From Myxococcales bacterium (GTDB lineage Bacteria; Lernaellota; Lernaellaia; Lernaellales; Lernaellaceae): a stretch of DNA of 64,000 nucleotides. A program made the position numbers and the translations under genes. The notes under the pieces are model-generated. The model saw nothing but the letters and a program-made list of their open reading frames with translations. It was not told the DNA's origin and searched no databases. The stretch spans positions 9,665 through 73,664 of the forward strand of contig JAAYVF010000132.1 of NCBI GenBank assembly GCA_012517325.1, in the 5' to 3' direction. Shown here in pieces: positions 56,292 to 64,000 of the stretch (positions within the stretch are counted from its first letter, which is position 1; each line of letters opens with the position of its first letter).

Positions 56292-56879
56292 TCAGAGCAA
56301 ATCCTCGATCATCAAGGAAAGAATGTCCTTGTCGTATTCGTGCGTCCGCAGTTCGATGGTGAAATCGCGGCTTAACAGCATATTGAACGGCAAAATCTGT
56401 TCGAGAAAATAGGGTTGCAGGCTGTAGTCGGGATCGGCGCAGACCAGGTAGGTGACGCCGAATTCGTCGCGCCAGGCCGTGGCCGTCGCCGGGGTCGCGG
56501 GGTTGTAGTCGACGTCCGCCACGATCAATTGGATCAGCTGAAAATCCTCGTCCTGATATTCTTCCCACAAATCCTTCTGCAGGCTCGGGGTTTCCTCGCG
56601 GCACGGTTCGCACCAGAAAGCCGCCGTGTTGAGCAACACCACTTTTCCCAAAAAGTCGTACAAATGGACCTCGTTGCCGTCGGCGTCGATCCAGGTGTAA
56701 TCCTCGATCTCGGGCTGGACGGCGTCGTCGTTGTCGTCGTCGGTCGCGTCGTCGCCGGCATCGTCGCCGGCGTCGTCGTCATCCTCGAGGTCCTCACCGT
56801 CGTAACGGCCTTTGGCGGTGCCGCAGGCGACGAGCGCCAGCAGGCCGAGAATCAGAACCAACCAAAAGCATTTTTTCAT
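56292..56879 (-). CDS. TlpA/ResA-like thiol-disulfide oxidoreductase lipoprotein with acidic linker
   Basis: The lipobox is LLALVAC. An Asp-rich linker (EDLEDDDDAGDDAGDDATDDDNDD) follows, then the WCEPC active site. Confidence 0.7.
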   Translation of the reverse strand: MKKCFWLVLILGLLALVACGTAKGRYDGEDLEDDDDAGDDAGDDATDDDNDDAVQPEIEDYTWIDADGNEVHLYDFLGKVVLLNTAAFWCEPCREETPSLQKDLWEEYQDEDFQLIQLIVADVDYNPATPATATAWRDEFGVTYLVCADPDYSLQPYFLEQILPFNMLLSRDFTIELRTHEYDKDILSLMIEDLL

Positions 56880-56946
56880 GACGCCTCCACGGGCGGTTCG
56901 ATTTCCCTCAATTGCGGCATTTTAGCCGTCAAACCCGCCGCAAGCA

Positions 56947-56977
56947 AACAAAAAGGAGAACGCCGGGCGTCCTCCTT
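56947..56977 (-). terminator. Possible intrinsic terminator downstream of rpsI
   Basis: On the minus strand, an imperfect hairpin AAGGAGGACGCCC/GGCGTTCTCCTT is followed by a T-rich tract (TTTTTGTTTG). Confidence 0.35.
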
Positions 56978-57007
56978 CGTTTGACGATCGATCGCCAGCC
57001 GCGCGGG

Positions 57008-57400
57008 TTAACGCTTGCTGAACTGGAAGCGGCGGCGGGCCTTGGCGCGGCCGTACTTCTTGCGTTCGACGACGCGGGCGTCGCGGGTCAGGTAACCGGC
57101 GACCTTCAAGGGTTTGCGGTATTCCTCGTTGTACTCCAACAAGGCGCGCGAGATGCCGTGGCGGATGGCGCCGGCCTGGCCGGTCAAGCCGCCGCCCGTC
57201 ACGATGATCTGCACGTCGAACTTGTTGTTGGTACCCGTCGCGTCGAACGGCTGACGCACGGAGACGCGGGCCATTTCGCGCGGGAAGTATTCGTCCACTT
57301 CGCGCTCGTTGATCAGGATTTTACCCGTGCCGGGTTTCAGCCAAACGCGCGCGATGGAGCACTTACGTTTTCCGGTTCCGTAGTATTGCAGTTCACCCAT
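57008..57400 (-). CDS. rpsI: 30S ribosomal protein S9
   Basis: [19 protein letters not shown] and the C-terminal [16 protein letters not shown] are S9 signatures. Confidence 0.92.
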   Translation of the reverse strand: MGELQYYGTGKRKCSIARVWLKPGTGKILINEREVDEYFPREMARVSVRQPFDATGTNNKFDVQIIVTGGGLTGQAGAIRHGISRALLEYNEEYRKPLKVAGYLTRDARVVERKKYGRAKARRRFQFSKR

Positions 57401-57410
57401 CGTTCACTCC

Positions 57411-57839
57411 TCAGAAATCCAGTTGCACGGGTTTCTGCGCGCCGTGCGGATGCTCAGCGCCGGAATACACCTTGAGCTTCTTGAGCAGATTGCGGCCCAT
57501 GGTGTTCTTCGGCAACATGCCGCGCACGGCGTGCTTGATGATTTCTTCCGGTTTGTTTTCCAGCAGCCGCTTGGCGTTGACCGTCTTGAGGCCGCCGGGA
57601 TAACCGGTGTGGTGGTGATACAGCTTGTCCTCGACCTTCTGGCCGGTAAGCTTGATTTTTTCAGCGTTGATGGCGATGACGAAATCACCCACGTCTTCAT
57701 GCGGAGTGAAAGTCGGCTTGTGCTTGCCGCGCAAAATCTTGGCGATTTCACTCGCCGCGCGACCGAGCACCTTGCCGTCCAAATCGACAATGTACCATCC
57801 CCGCTCGACCTGTCCGGGTTTCGCACTGAATGTCTTCAT
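57411..57839 (-). CDS. rplM: 50S ribosomal protein L13
   Basis: [27 protein letters not shown]...HHTGYPGG is canonical L13. The start was trimmed from the supplied ORF. Confidence 0.92.
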   Translation of the reverse strand: MKTFSAKPGQVERGWYIVDLDGKVLGRAASEIAKILRGKHKPTFTPHEDVGDFVIAINAEKIKLTGQKVEDKLYHHHTGYPGGLKTVNAKRLLENKPEEIIKHAVRGMLPKNTMGRNLLKKLKVYSGAEHPHGAQKPVQLDF

Positions 57840-58078
57840 GACCCTCATACTCCTTCGGGCATCTTCTCCACCCTTTTCGCCGCCCGGGGTCGATGGGCGA
57901 CTTGGCGGAAAAGACGCATCGCAAATTGACTTAGGGTGATCGCCACCCGCCATCAAGATGTAACGGGGCGCTTAACGTAATGAAAAAGAAAACAAATTGC
58001 AAGCGCGATTTTATTTATTCCGAGAAAACCGGACCGGCCTCGCCGGAGGACGGCAGCATCCGCCATAACAATTTGATT

Positions 58079-58327
58079 TTACGCGAATATTTTTGATATC
58101 AATGCCGGGATTTGTTCGGAGATGAACGAGCCGGCCCATAGAATACCGGCCACCAGGCAGTAAACGAGGCAGACCAGCGCCAGACTTTTCAGCAGCAGGC
58201 GCGTCCAGCGCAATTCCGCCAACTGCGCTTCCGCCCGTTCCTTCACCTTCGCCAGTTCGGCTTCCAGGTCGATCGGCTCCGGCTCGGGCATCCCTTCCGC
58301 GACTTTCGGCGGCATTTCCGTTTGCAT
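58079..58327 (-). CDS. Small membrane protein (82 aa: acidic N-terminus, one C-terminal TM helix) downstream of flgE
   Basis: A coiled-coil-like N-terminus and a C-terminal TM helix. It occupies the position taken by flbD/fliL-type small genes in other hook operons. It is not recognisably either. Confidence 0.4.
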   Translation of the reverse strand: MQTEMPPKVAEGMPEPEPIDLEAELAKVKERAEAQLAELRWTRLLLKSLALVCLVYCLVAGILWAGSFISEQIPALISKIFA

Positions 58328-58427
58328 ATCACCCGCTCCCCTCGCGGCCCGTTCGGCCCCCCGAAAATCGGCGAACCTTTGGGGAGGCGGCCGCGGCCGC
58401 CTCCCCGCTCCATCAAACCATCAAACC

Positions 58428-59720
58428 TTATCTCGAGATGTTGATCAACTCGGCGATCATCGTATCGGCCGTGGTGATCGACTTGCTGTTCGCCTGGAAA
58501 CCGCGCTGCGTCGTGATCATCTCGACGAACTGCTGCGCGATGTCGACGTTGGACAATTCCAGGGTGTTGGAGAAGATCGAACCGTTGCCGGACACGTTGG
58601 CGATGGAAATGATCGGTTCGCCGGATTCGGAAGTCGAACCGAACATATTGTTGCCGCGGTGGTCCAGGCCGATCGCGTTGGAGAAGTTGACGATGGCGAT
58701 CTGGGCGATTTCGCGTGTCTCGCCGTTGCCGTACAGGGCGATCACCTTGCCGTCGGAGTCGATGTTCAGGCTGTCGATGTAGCTGGTGCCGTACCCGTCC
58801 TGGCTGGCGAAGACCAACGCCGAGCCCTCGCCGAACTGGGTGGTGCCGTCGGTGCCGGTGCCGCCGGCCGAGATCGGGGTGCCGAATTCGAAGCTGATGT
58901 CCTGGTTCTGCAACGGATTGCCGGCGAAGTCGAAATCGGGCGGTTGCGTGATCACCTGGTCGAGCAGCGCGCCTTCGGTGCTGAACTCGATCGTGCCGGA
59001 GGTCGCGACGTAATCGGCGCCGGTCGCCGAGTCGGCGGCATCGACCACGATGTTGTATTCCCAGACGTTGCCGCCGCCCGCGCCGGGCGCGGCGTTGCGC
59101 GAGAAGTACGACGTCACCTGGTGCGGATTGCCCAAGGTGTCGTAAACCGTGATCGAGGCGGTGAAATTGCTGGTGTTGACCGGGTTGGTGATGTCGAACG
59201 GGCCGACGATTTCCGCCTGCGAATCGAGGTTGGCATAGAGCGAAACCTCGGTGGTGACCTTGGGCGCCAGGGGCGCCTGGGTCACGCGGATATCGTGCGG
59301 AACGCCGGAGGCCGTGCTGTTTTCGTTCAGGCTGAAACCCATCAGCTTCATGCCGGCGGAATTAGTCACGTAACCGTTTTTGTCGACCATGAAACTGCCG
59401 TTGCGCGTATACAACATGCTGTTGGTCGCGTCATCCCGCACCATGAAAAAGCCCTTGCCGGAAAGGGCGATGTCGGTCACGTTTTCCGTCGATTGAAAGC
59501 CGCCTTGCGCCATCACCATGCTGGTGTCGCCGACGCGCGAACCACGGCCGATTTCCATGCCGCCGGCCAGTGTTTTGGCGAGCACGTCGGAAAAATCGGC
59601 CCGGCTGAACTTGAAGGCGGGCGTGTTGATGTTGGCCAAGTTGTTGCCGATGATTTCCATCATCGTGGCATTGGAACCCAAGCCGCTGATGCCTGAGTAC
59701 ATTGCGCCAATGATTGACAT
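58428..59720 (-). CDS. flgE: Flagellar hook protein FlgE
   Basis: The N-terminus is MSIIGAMYSGISGLGSNATMMEIIGNNLANINT, and the C-terminus is GFQANSKSITTADTMIAELINISR. These are the flagellar rod/hook conserved termini at hook length. Confidence 0.85.
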   Translation of the reverse strand: MSIIGAMYSGISGLGSNATMMEIIGNNLANINTPAFKFSRADFSDVLAKTLAGGMEIGRGSRVGDTSMVMAQGGFQSTENVTDIALSGKGFFMVRDDATNSMLYTRNGSFMVDKNGYVTNSAGMKLMGFSLNENSTASGVPHDIRVTQAPLAPKVTTEVSLYANLDSQAEIVGPFDITNPVNTSNFTASITVYDTLGNPHQVTSYFSRNAAPGAGGGNVWEYNIVVDAADSATGADYVATSGTIEFSTEGALLDQVITQPPDFDFAGNPLQNQDISFEFGTPISAGGTGTDGTTQFGEGSALVFASQDGYGTSYIDSLNIDSDGKVIALYGNGETREIAQIAIVNFSNAIGLDHRGNNMFGSTSESGEPIISIANVSGNGSIFSNTLELSNVDIAQQFVEMITTQRGFQANSKSITTADTMIAELINISR

Positions 59721-59789
59721 GTTACTTTTCTCCTTCCCGCTTCGGTCATTCCGCGGGATGAAGCCTCCCCATACGGGGTCCGGCTTCGT

Positions 59790-60188
59790 CTATTCGACGA
59801 ACACCGTGCTGTCGATGTTCGTCACCACGTTTTCGTTCATCCCCGACCGGTTCATCGCGGTGATGACCGTCCGGTTGGGGACATTGACGATCAGGGCATA
59901 ATCGTCGCCGATCACCAGCGTGTTGCGCGAACCCTTGTCCGCCGCGCGATCCACCGCGTCGGTGATCTTGCCGACCTCCGCCGTGCCCAGCGTCATCTGC
60001 CGAGACGCCATTCGTTCCTTGGCATGAGCCGAAAACTGCACCGGTTGGCTTTGCTGCAGTTGCCGTTCCAGCACTTGCCGGAACGACTCCTGAGCCGCCG
60101 GCGCGGCGGCCGCGCCGACTTTCGCCGTCGATGCCGTTTTTTCGACCGGCCGCGCAACGAAAAATGAGGGGTTGATTGTGTTGTTCAT
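59790..60188 (-). CDS. Small flagellar operon protein between flgD and flgE (recalled TIGR02530-type family, unverified)
   Basis: 132 aa located between flgD and flgE. The assignment is by position and size only. Confidence 0.4.
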   Translation of the reverse strand: MNNTINPSFFVARPVEKTASTAKVGAAAAPAAQESFRQVLERQLQQSQPVQFSAHAKERMASRQMTLGTAEVGKITDAVDRAADKGSRNTLVIGDDYALIVNVPNRTVITAMNRSGMNENVVTNIDSTVFVE

Positions 60189-60192
60189 AGAC

Positions 60193-60888
60193 CTAGTTCC
60201 CTTCGAAAATCTCCAGAATGTCGCCCATGGTGACTTCCTGGGAACCGATTTGCATGTAGGGCACGCCGTCCTTGAAGACGATTCCCGTGACCCGTCCCGT
60301 CAGGTACGTGCTGGCGGTCACCGCGTTTCCTTCGGCGTCGGTGGCGGTAACGGCAAAGGTATAGTTGCCGGCATCCAACGGCGAACCGTCGTTGTTGGCG
60401 CCGTCCCATTCCGCGGTCTGCTCGCCGCTCTCCTGGGAACCCAGTTGCAGCGTCCGCTGCAAGGTTCCATCCGACTTGTAAACCTTGATCGTCACGGTCG
60501 CGGCGTCCTCGTCCAACTGGTACTTGAGCGTCGCCGTCCCGTCGCCGTCGAAGTAGAAGGAATCGCCGCTGGCTTTCACTTCCTTGCCGATCATGGAAAC
60601 CGATTGCGCGTTGTTGATGCTCGATTGGAAGAGCTGTAGGGTTTCCAGATTGGTGTTGATGGTCCGCGTCTGTTCGACCAGGGACAATTGGGCCAGCTGG
60701 GCGACGTATTCCTGGTTGCTCATCGGATCGAGCGGATCCTGGTTTTTCATTTCCTCGATCAGCAGGTTGATGAATACCTCCGGATCGGTCAGGTCGGTCT
60801 GCTGCGATTCGTACAGGTTGGTCGCGTCGCTGGTCGAGCCGAGCCCGTAAATGTTCGCCCCAACGTTGGTCAGTTCGGTTGCAGCCAC
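60193..60888 (-). CDS. flgD: Flagellar hook capping/assembly protein FlgD
   Basis: FINLLIEEMKNQDPLDPMSNQEYVAQLAQLSLVEQ is the conserved FlgD N-domain. A C-terminal Ig-like domain follows. Confidence 0.85.
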   Translation of the reverse strand: MAATELTNVGANIYGLGSTSDATNLYESQQTDLTDPEVFINLLIEEMKNQDPLDPMSNQEYVAQLAQLSLVEQTRTINTNLETLQLFQSSINNAQSVSMIGKEVKASGDSFYFDGDGTATLKYQLDEDAATVTIKVYKSDGTLQRTLQLGSQESGEQTAEWDGANNDGSPLDAGNYTFAVTATDAEGNAVTASTYLTGRVTGIVFKDGVPYMQIGSQEVTMGDILEIFEGN

Positions 60889-60911
60889 TTCTTACCTCCT
60901 TCTGTTCCGGC

Positions 60912-62732
60912 TCACGCCCGGACGCGAATATTGCCGGACATGCCGCGCAAAGCGTAAATCGCGGCGTGGCCCACTTGACTTTGGGCCGAGCGACTCGTGC
61001 TTTCCGAGCCCGCCTGGGAACCCGGCCGCGGATCCGCGAACGATCGCGAACCGGACATCAGGTCCCGTCCTGGTTGTTGATTGGGCAACTGCTGGAACAC
61101 ATCGAACCGCTGCAGATCCATTCCCTTCTCGTTGAACATCTGCCGGAGCTGGGGCAGATTATCGAGCAGCACCTGCTTGACCTGGCTGCTTTCCACCACC
61201 GCCGCCGCGCGAACGCCGTCCTTATCCACCTGAATGTCCAATTTCATCTGACCCAATTGCGGCGGTTCCAATTGCAACCGGATCGAGCCGCCGCCGGCCG
61301 CCGCCTTGCTGGCGATCGTCCGACCGGTGATCGATACGAGGTCCCGCAACCGTTCGATCCGCGCCGTCATGGTTTCCGTGGAAACCGTGGCCGGCGGCGT
61401 GGAAGCGGCCTGCTGAACCGTCGGCGTTTCCTTCAACGAAACAGTGCTGACCGGCGTGACCGGCGAAGCGGTGCCGTTCGTCGGCTGACTAACTTCCCGT
61501 TCGCCGATTGCCGGTTGCGCGTCCATGGCTTTATTCGCCGGAGCAGCAGAGTCATCCGCGGCCACCGCCGCCTTCGGCTCGTTGGATTGATAATCCGCGG
61601 TGCGCGGCCGCCGTTCCATCGTCTTCTCGGCTTCCGTGGCCTGACCGGAGGAATCCGAACGCAACGACTGATCGACCGTCGGTTGAGCCGTTTCGACCTT
61701 CGGTTTCGTTTCCGTGCTCACAGCCGAAACCCCGACGGACCGATAAGCCGCCAATGCTTCCTTCCGGTAACTCGCGGCGACTCCCTGTCGCTGTTGGGTG
61801 AAAGACTTGCGGATCGTCGGTTGATAGGTCGTACCTTGCTGTTCGTTCAGGTTGGCTTGCGCCGTCGGTGCGACTGTTTCCACCGATTCCCGAATCGCTT
61901 GAACGCTCGGCGTTTCGCCAAAGGCATGGGGCGCCGGGATTTCCCGCGCCACGCCATTGGCATTCGCCTGCGCCGTCATCCAAGAAACCGTCGTCTCCAA
62001 GGACCGATCGACCTCGGGGGCGATCGGAACGGCAGGCGTCTGAACCGTGGGATTCGGGTTGGCGGTCGGCTTGGCCGATGCCTCCGCGGCGGTCGGCAAA
62101 GCTTGCCCATCGATTTGGGGCACCAGGGAATTATCTGCCGTGGATTGGCCGATCGAAATCGGCTTGATCGGCGCGGCGGTCGGGGTCTCGGTCACTTCAC
62201 TTTGCAGGCCCAATAGTGTTATTGGGACATCTTCAACGATTCCCTCACCCGTTTGCGCCGTCATCGATTGCGCGACTGTCTGGACAGTTATCCCTTGGTT
62301 GTCTGATTCACTCGTGAATTGCCCCATCACCGCTGGAGCCATCTCCTCGGTGGTCGTCGCAACCGGCGTGACGGACTGCGTCAACTCGGAAGCGGATTGG
62401 GCTTCCACCGGTTTCGCAGCGGTCTGCTCCGTCGATTGCGCTTCCCCTTCCGGTTTGGCGGTAACCGACGTATCCACTTGATTATTCTGATCTTTCGCAG
62501 TTTCAGCCGTTTGTTGACCATCGGTTTTGGCGACCGACTGCTCTGCCGGGGAATCCTTCACCGTACTTGCGCGTTCCGAGTTCTGAATCGATTCCAGAGT
62601 ACTGGCGAAATCACTGCTTTTCGTATTTCCGGAATCGGCGGAAACGGCTTGGGTCGGTGTCGAATTCACGACAGGCGTCTGGCCGATATGAACCATCAAT
62701 TGCGTGATATCAAGACGCTCTATTTTCGGCAT
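60912..62732 (-). CDS. fliK: Flagellar hook-length control protein FliK
   Basis: A long Ser/Thr/Gln/Ala-rich linker is followed by the C-terminal Flg_hook domain (IRLQLEPPQLGQMKLDIQVDKDGVRAAAVVESSQVKQVLLDNLPQLRQ). Confidence 0.8.
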   Translation of the reverse strand: MPKIERLDITQLMVHIGQTPVVNSTPTQAVSADSGNTKSSDFASTLESIQNSERASTVKDSPAEQSVAKTDGQQTAETAKDQNNQVDTSVTAKPEGEAQSTEQTAAKPVEAQSASELTQSVTPVATTTEEMAPAVMGQFTSESDNQGITVQTVAQSMTAQTGEGIVEDVPITLLGLQSEVTETPTAAPIKPISIGQSTADNSLVPQIDGQALPTAAEASAKPTANPNPTVQTPAVPIAPEVDRSLETTVSWMTAQANANGVAREIPAPHAFGETPSVQAIRESVETVAPTAQANLNEQQGTTYQPTIRKSFTQQRQGVAASYRKEALAAYRSVGVSAVSTETKPKVETAQPTVDQSLRSDSSGQATEAEKTMERRPRTADYQSNEPKAAVAADDSAAPANKAMDAQPAIGEREVSQPTNGTASPVTPVSTVSLKETPTVQQAASTPPATVSTETMTARIERLRDLVSITGRTIASKAAAGGGSIRLQLEPPQLGQMKLDIQVDKDGVRAAAVVESSQVKQVLLDNLPQLRQMFNEKGMDLQRFDVFQQLPNQQPGRDLMSGSRSFADPRPGSQAGSESTSRSAQSQVGHAAIYALRGMSGNIRVRA

Positions 62733-62977
62733 TCATTCTACACCTCCTTCCGTGCCGGATTGGTCCGTTATCGTGCGACCGACTCGATGTCGAAACACGC
62801 TGGACCTGGCTTCACCGCTTTTTTTTGCTGGTTTCATGCCAAAAGAGGGCGTCAAGAAAACGAGGCGCGATCGGTAAGGCTCGCAGGGTGCAATCTGTTC
62901 GATAACTATTTAGTATTGCGGAATATATTCAAGTTTCCGGCTCGCCAAGGATTCGAAGCGGAACGTCTAAAGATAGC

Positions 62978-63604
62978 TTATTTCGACTTTTTATTTAAAA
63001 GCAGTTTGGAAGTTTTGGCCGCCGTGTCGGGGTCCATGAGTTCCAGGAGTTGGCCGACCTTCTTTTCCTTCAAGCGATTGAGAATCTTGACCCGGAGATC
63101 CTCGGGCAGTTTTTCCATCACGGGCGCCAGTTCATCCAACCGCATTTTGTCGTAGATGGCTATCAGTCGCGTCACTTTCAGTTCGGTCGCCTGATCTTCC
63201 TTGGCCAATCGTTGGTCGATCTGGGTCTGCACTTCCTCCAGTTTTTTCAATTCCTTCTGGACATCGGCCTTGAGGGTTGCCAGCGATTTCTGCTCTTCCT
63301 CGATTTGGATCAACTGGGATTTGAGGTAGGTCGCGTGTTCTTCCTCGGGAGTCGGCTTGGCCTCGAATTCCGGCACGTTGATCTTTTCCGGTTCGGGCAG
63401 CGCCTTTTCGACGTTCTCACCGATTTTCGCAGGGTCGTAACCGAGCGCGCGGCGCAACGCGTCCTTTTTCACCTGCTCATCCGCGGCCGGATCTTTTTGT
63501 TCCTCGGCCGCCGCGCGGGCCAGAAAGCCGCAAGACCAGACCAGCGCCGCGCCCGCCAGCAACGCCAGCACCAGAATCTGCCACCAGTGATTTCGCTTTT
63601 TCAT
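62978..63604 (-). CDS. YlxF/MotE-like flagellar protein (MgtE-N-like domain) between fliJ and fliK
   Basis: An N-terminal TM helix (MKKRNHWWQILVLALLAGAALVW) is followed by a coiled coil and then RLIAIYDKMRLDELAPVMEKLPEDLRVKILNRL (MgtE_N-like). The supplied ORF's 123-aa N-terminal extension was rejected. Confidence 0.6.
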   Translation of the reverse strand: MKKRNHWWQILVLALLAGAALVWSCGFLARAAAEEQKDPAADEQVKKDALRRALGYDPAKIGENVEKALPEPEKINVPEFEAKPTPEEEHATYLKSQLIQIEEEQKSLATLKADVQKELKKLEEVQTQIDQRLAKEDQATELKVTRLIAIYDKMRLDELAPVMEKLPEDLRVKILNRLKEKKVGQLLELMDPDTAAKTSKLLLNKKSK

Positions 63605-64000
63605 GACCGTCCCGATTCCTGCTCCGCCGTCCGGCGGGCAAACCGCAAGAGCGCGGTTTCCGCCAATTGCTTCTCGGCCTGTTTGTTCGTTTCGTAATTG
63701 ACCCGAATCGTGAATTTTTCTTTCAGCTTCTCGACGACCTGCCGCCGCCGCGTCGCTTCGATCAATTCCTCGCGCACCCAATCGCGCTTCTGGGCCGCCT
63801 GTAGGATGACCACTTCCTGCATCAACCGGTTTTGCCGCAACATCATCAAATGGGTTTCCCGCAACCGCAGTTCGTCGATGGTGATCCCACCGACGGCGTG
63901 TTCGTTGTATGCCTGCTGCGCCGCCGCGATCCGCCGATCGATTTCGTCGCGTTCCTGCGTCGCGGTGATCCACTCGCGGAGCGCGTCACCGAACTCGCGC
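63601..64000 (-). CDS. fliJ: Flagellar export chaperone FliJ (5'-truncated by the window end)
   Basis: The frame stays open beyond position 64000 (...REFGDALREWITATQERDEIDRRIAAAQQAYNE...LRQNRLMQEVVILQAAQKRDWVREELIEATRRRQVVEKLKEKF). It is a coiled-coil FliJ-like sequence. Its stop overlaps the ylxF-like ATG (ATGA). Confidence 0.6.
   Translation of the reverse strand, partial: REFGDALREWITATQERDEIDRRIAAAQQAYNEHAVGGITIDELRLRETHLMMLRQNRLMQEVVILQAAQKRDWVREELIEATRRRQVVEKLKEKFTIRVNYETNKQAEKQLAETALLRFARRTAEQESGRS

Noticed and set aside
62978-63973. 123-aa N-terminal extension of the ylxF-like ORF
   Set aside because: It is an out-of-frame read-through of fliJ. The real gene starts at the TM helix MKKRNHWW (63604). 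FliJ is in the other frame and continues past the window end.

Overview
High-GC (about 63-65%) bacterial chromosomal segment, gene-dense, with no rRNA or CRISPR. From left to right it contains: (i) the right-hand end of an integrated element (two excisionase-family HTH genes and a tyrosine integrase) abutting tRNA-Pro(CGG); (ii) a secreted FG-GAP-like protein; (iii) a minus-strand block RR-GGDEF -> PAS histidine kinase -> def-fmt-rsmB-rpe; (iv) two small outer-membrane beta-barrel genes, with a tandem pair of intrinsic terminators after one of them, followed by yjbQ; (v) a bidirectional locus holding three radical SAM enzymes. On one strand are a GH43-like propeller, an M32 carboxypeptidase and two paralogous B12-binding radical SAM proteins that share a ~150-aa C-terminal domain I do not recognise. 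On the divergent strand are a radical SAM/SPASM enzyme, three membrane proteins including a DUF2207-like protein ending in a poly(Cys-Ala) tail encoded by a hexanucleotide repeat, and an SGNH hydrolase. (vi) a CocE/NonD hydrolase, a lipoprotein with Asp/Asn repeats, a MATE transporter, and ArsR, FmdB and MarR regulators inside a low-GC islet that carries an orphan terminator; (vii) an operon of a HEAT-repeat protein, a TPR protein and two paralogous membrane+beta-propeller proteins; (viii) a poly-gamma-glutamate synthetase locus (pgsB, pgsC, a non-CapA accessory gene) extended by an unknown protein and a radical SAM enzyme; (ix) a sugar-nucleotide locus (LmbE-like, PseC-like aminotransferase, rmd-gmd for GDP-D-rhamnose) interleaved with pentapeptide-repeat and FapA proteins; (x) uppP, a CheY-like receiver, an alpha/beta hydrolase, a redox module (glutaredoxin-like, FTR catalytic subunit, rubrerythrin-like, nitroreductase), and DUF2156 with a third B12-rSAM and a TlpA-like lipoprotein; (xi) rplM-rpsI; and (xii) a Firmicutes-ordered flagellar hook block (fliJ partial, ylxF-like, fliK, flgD, a small flagellar operon protein, flgE). 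All calls come from reading the translations and sequence by eye; no database searches were run. Many long ORFs in the supplied track are antisense or alternative-frame artefacts of the high GC and are listed under rejected.
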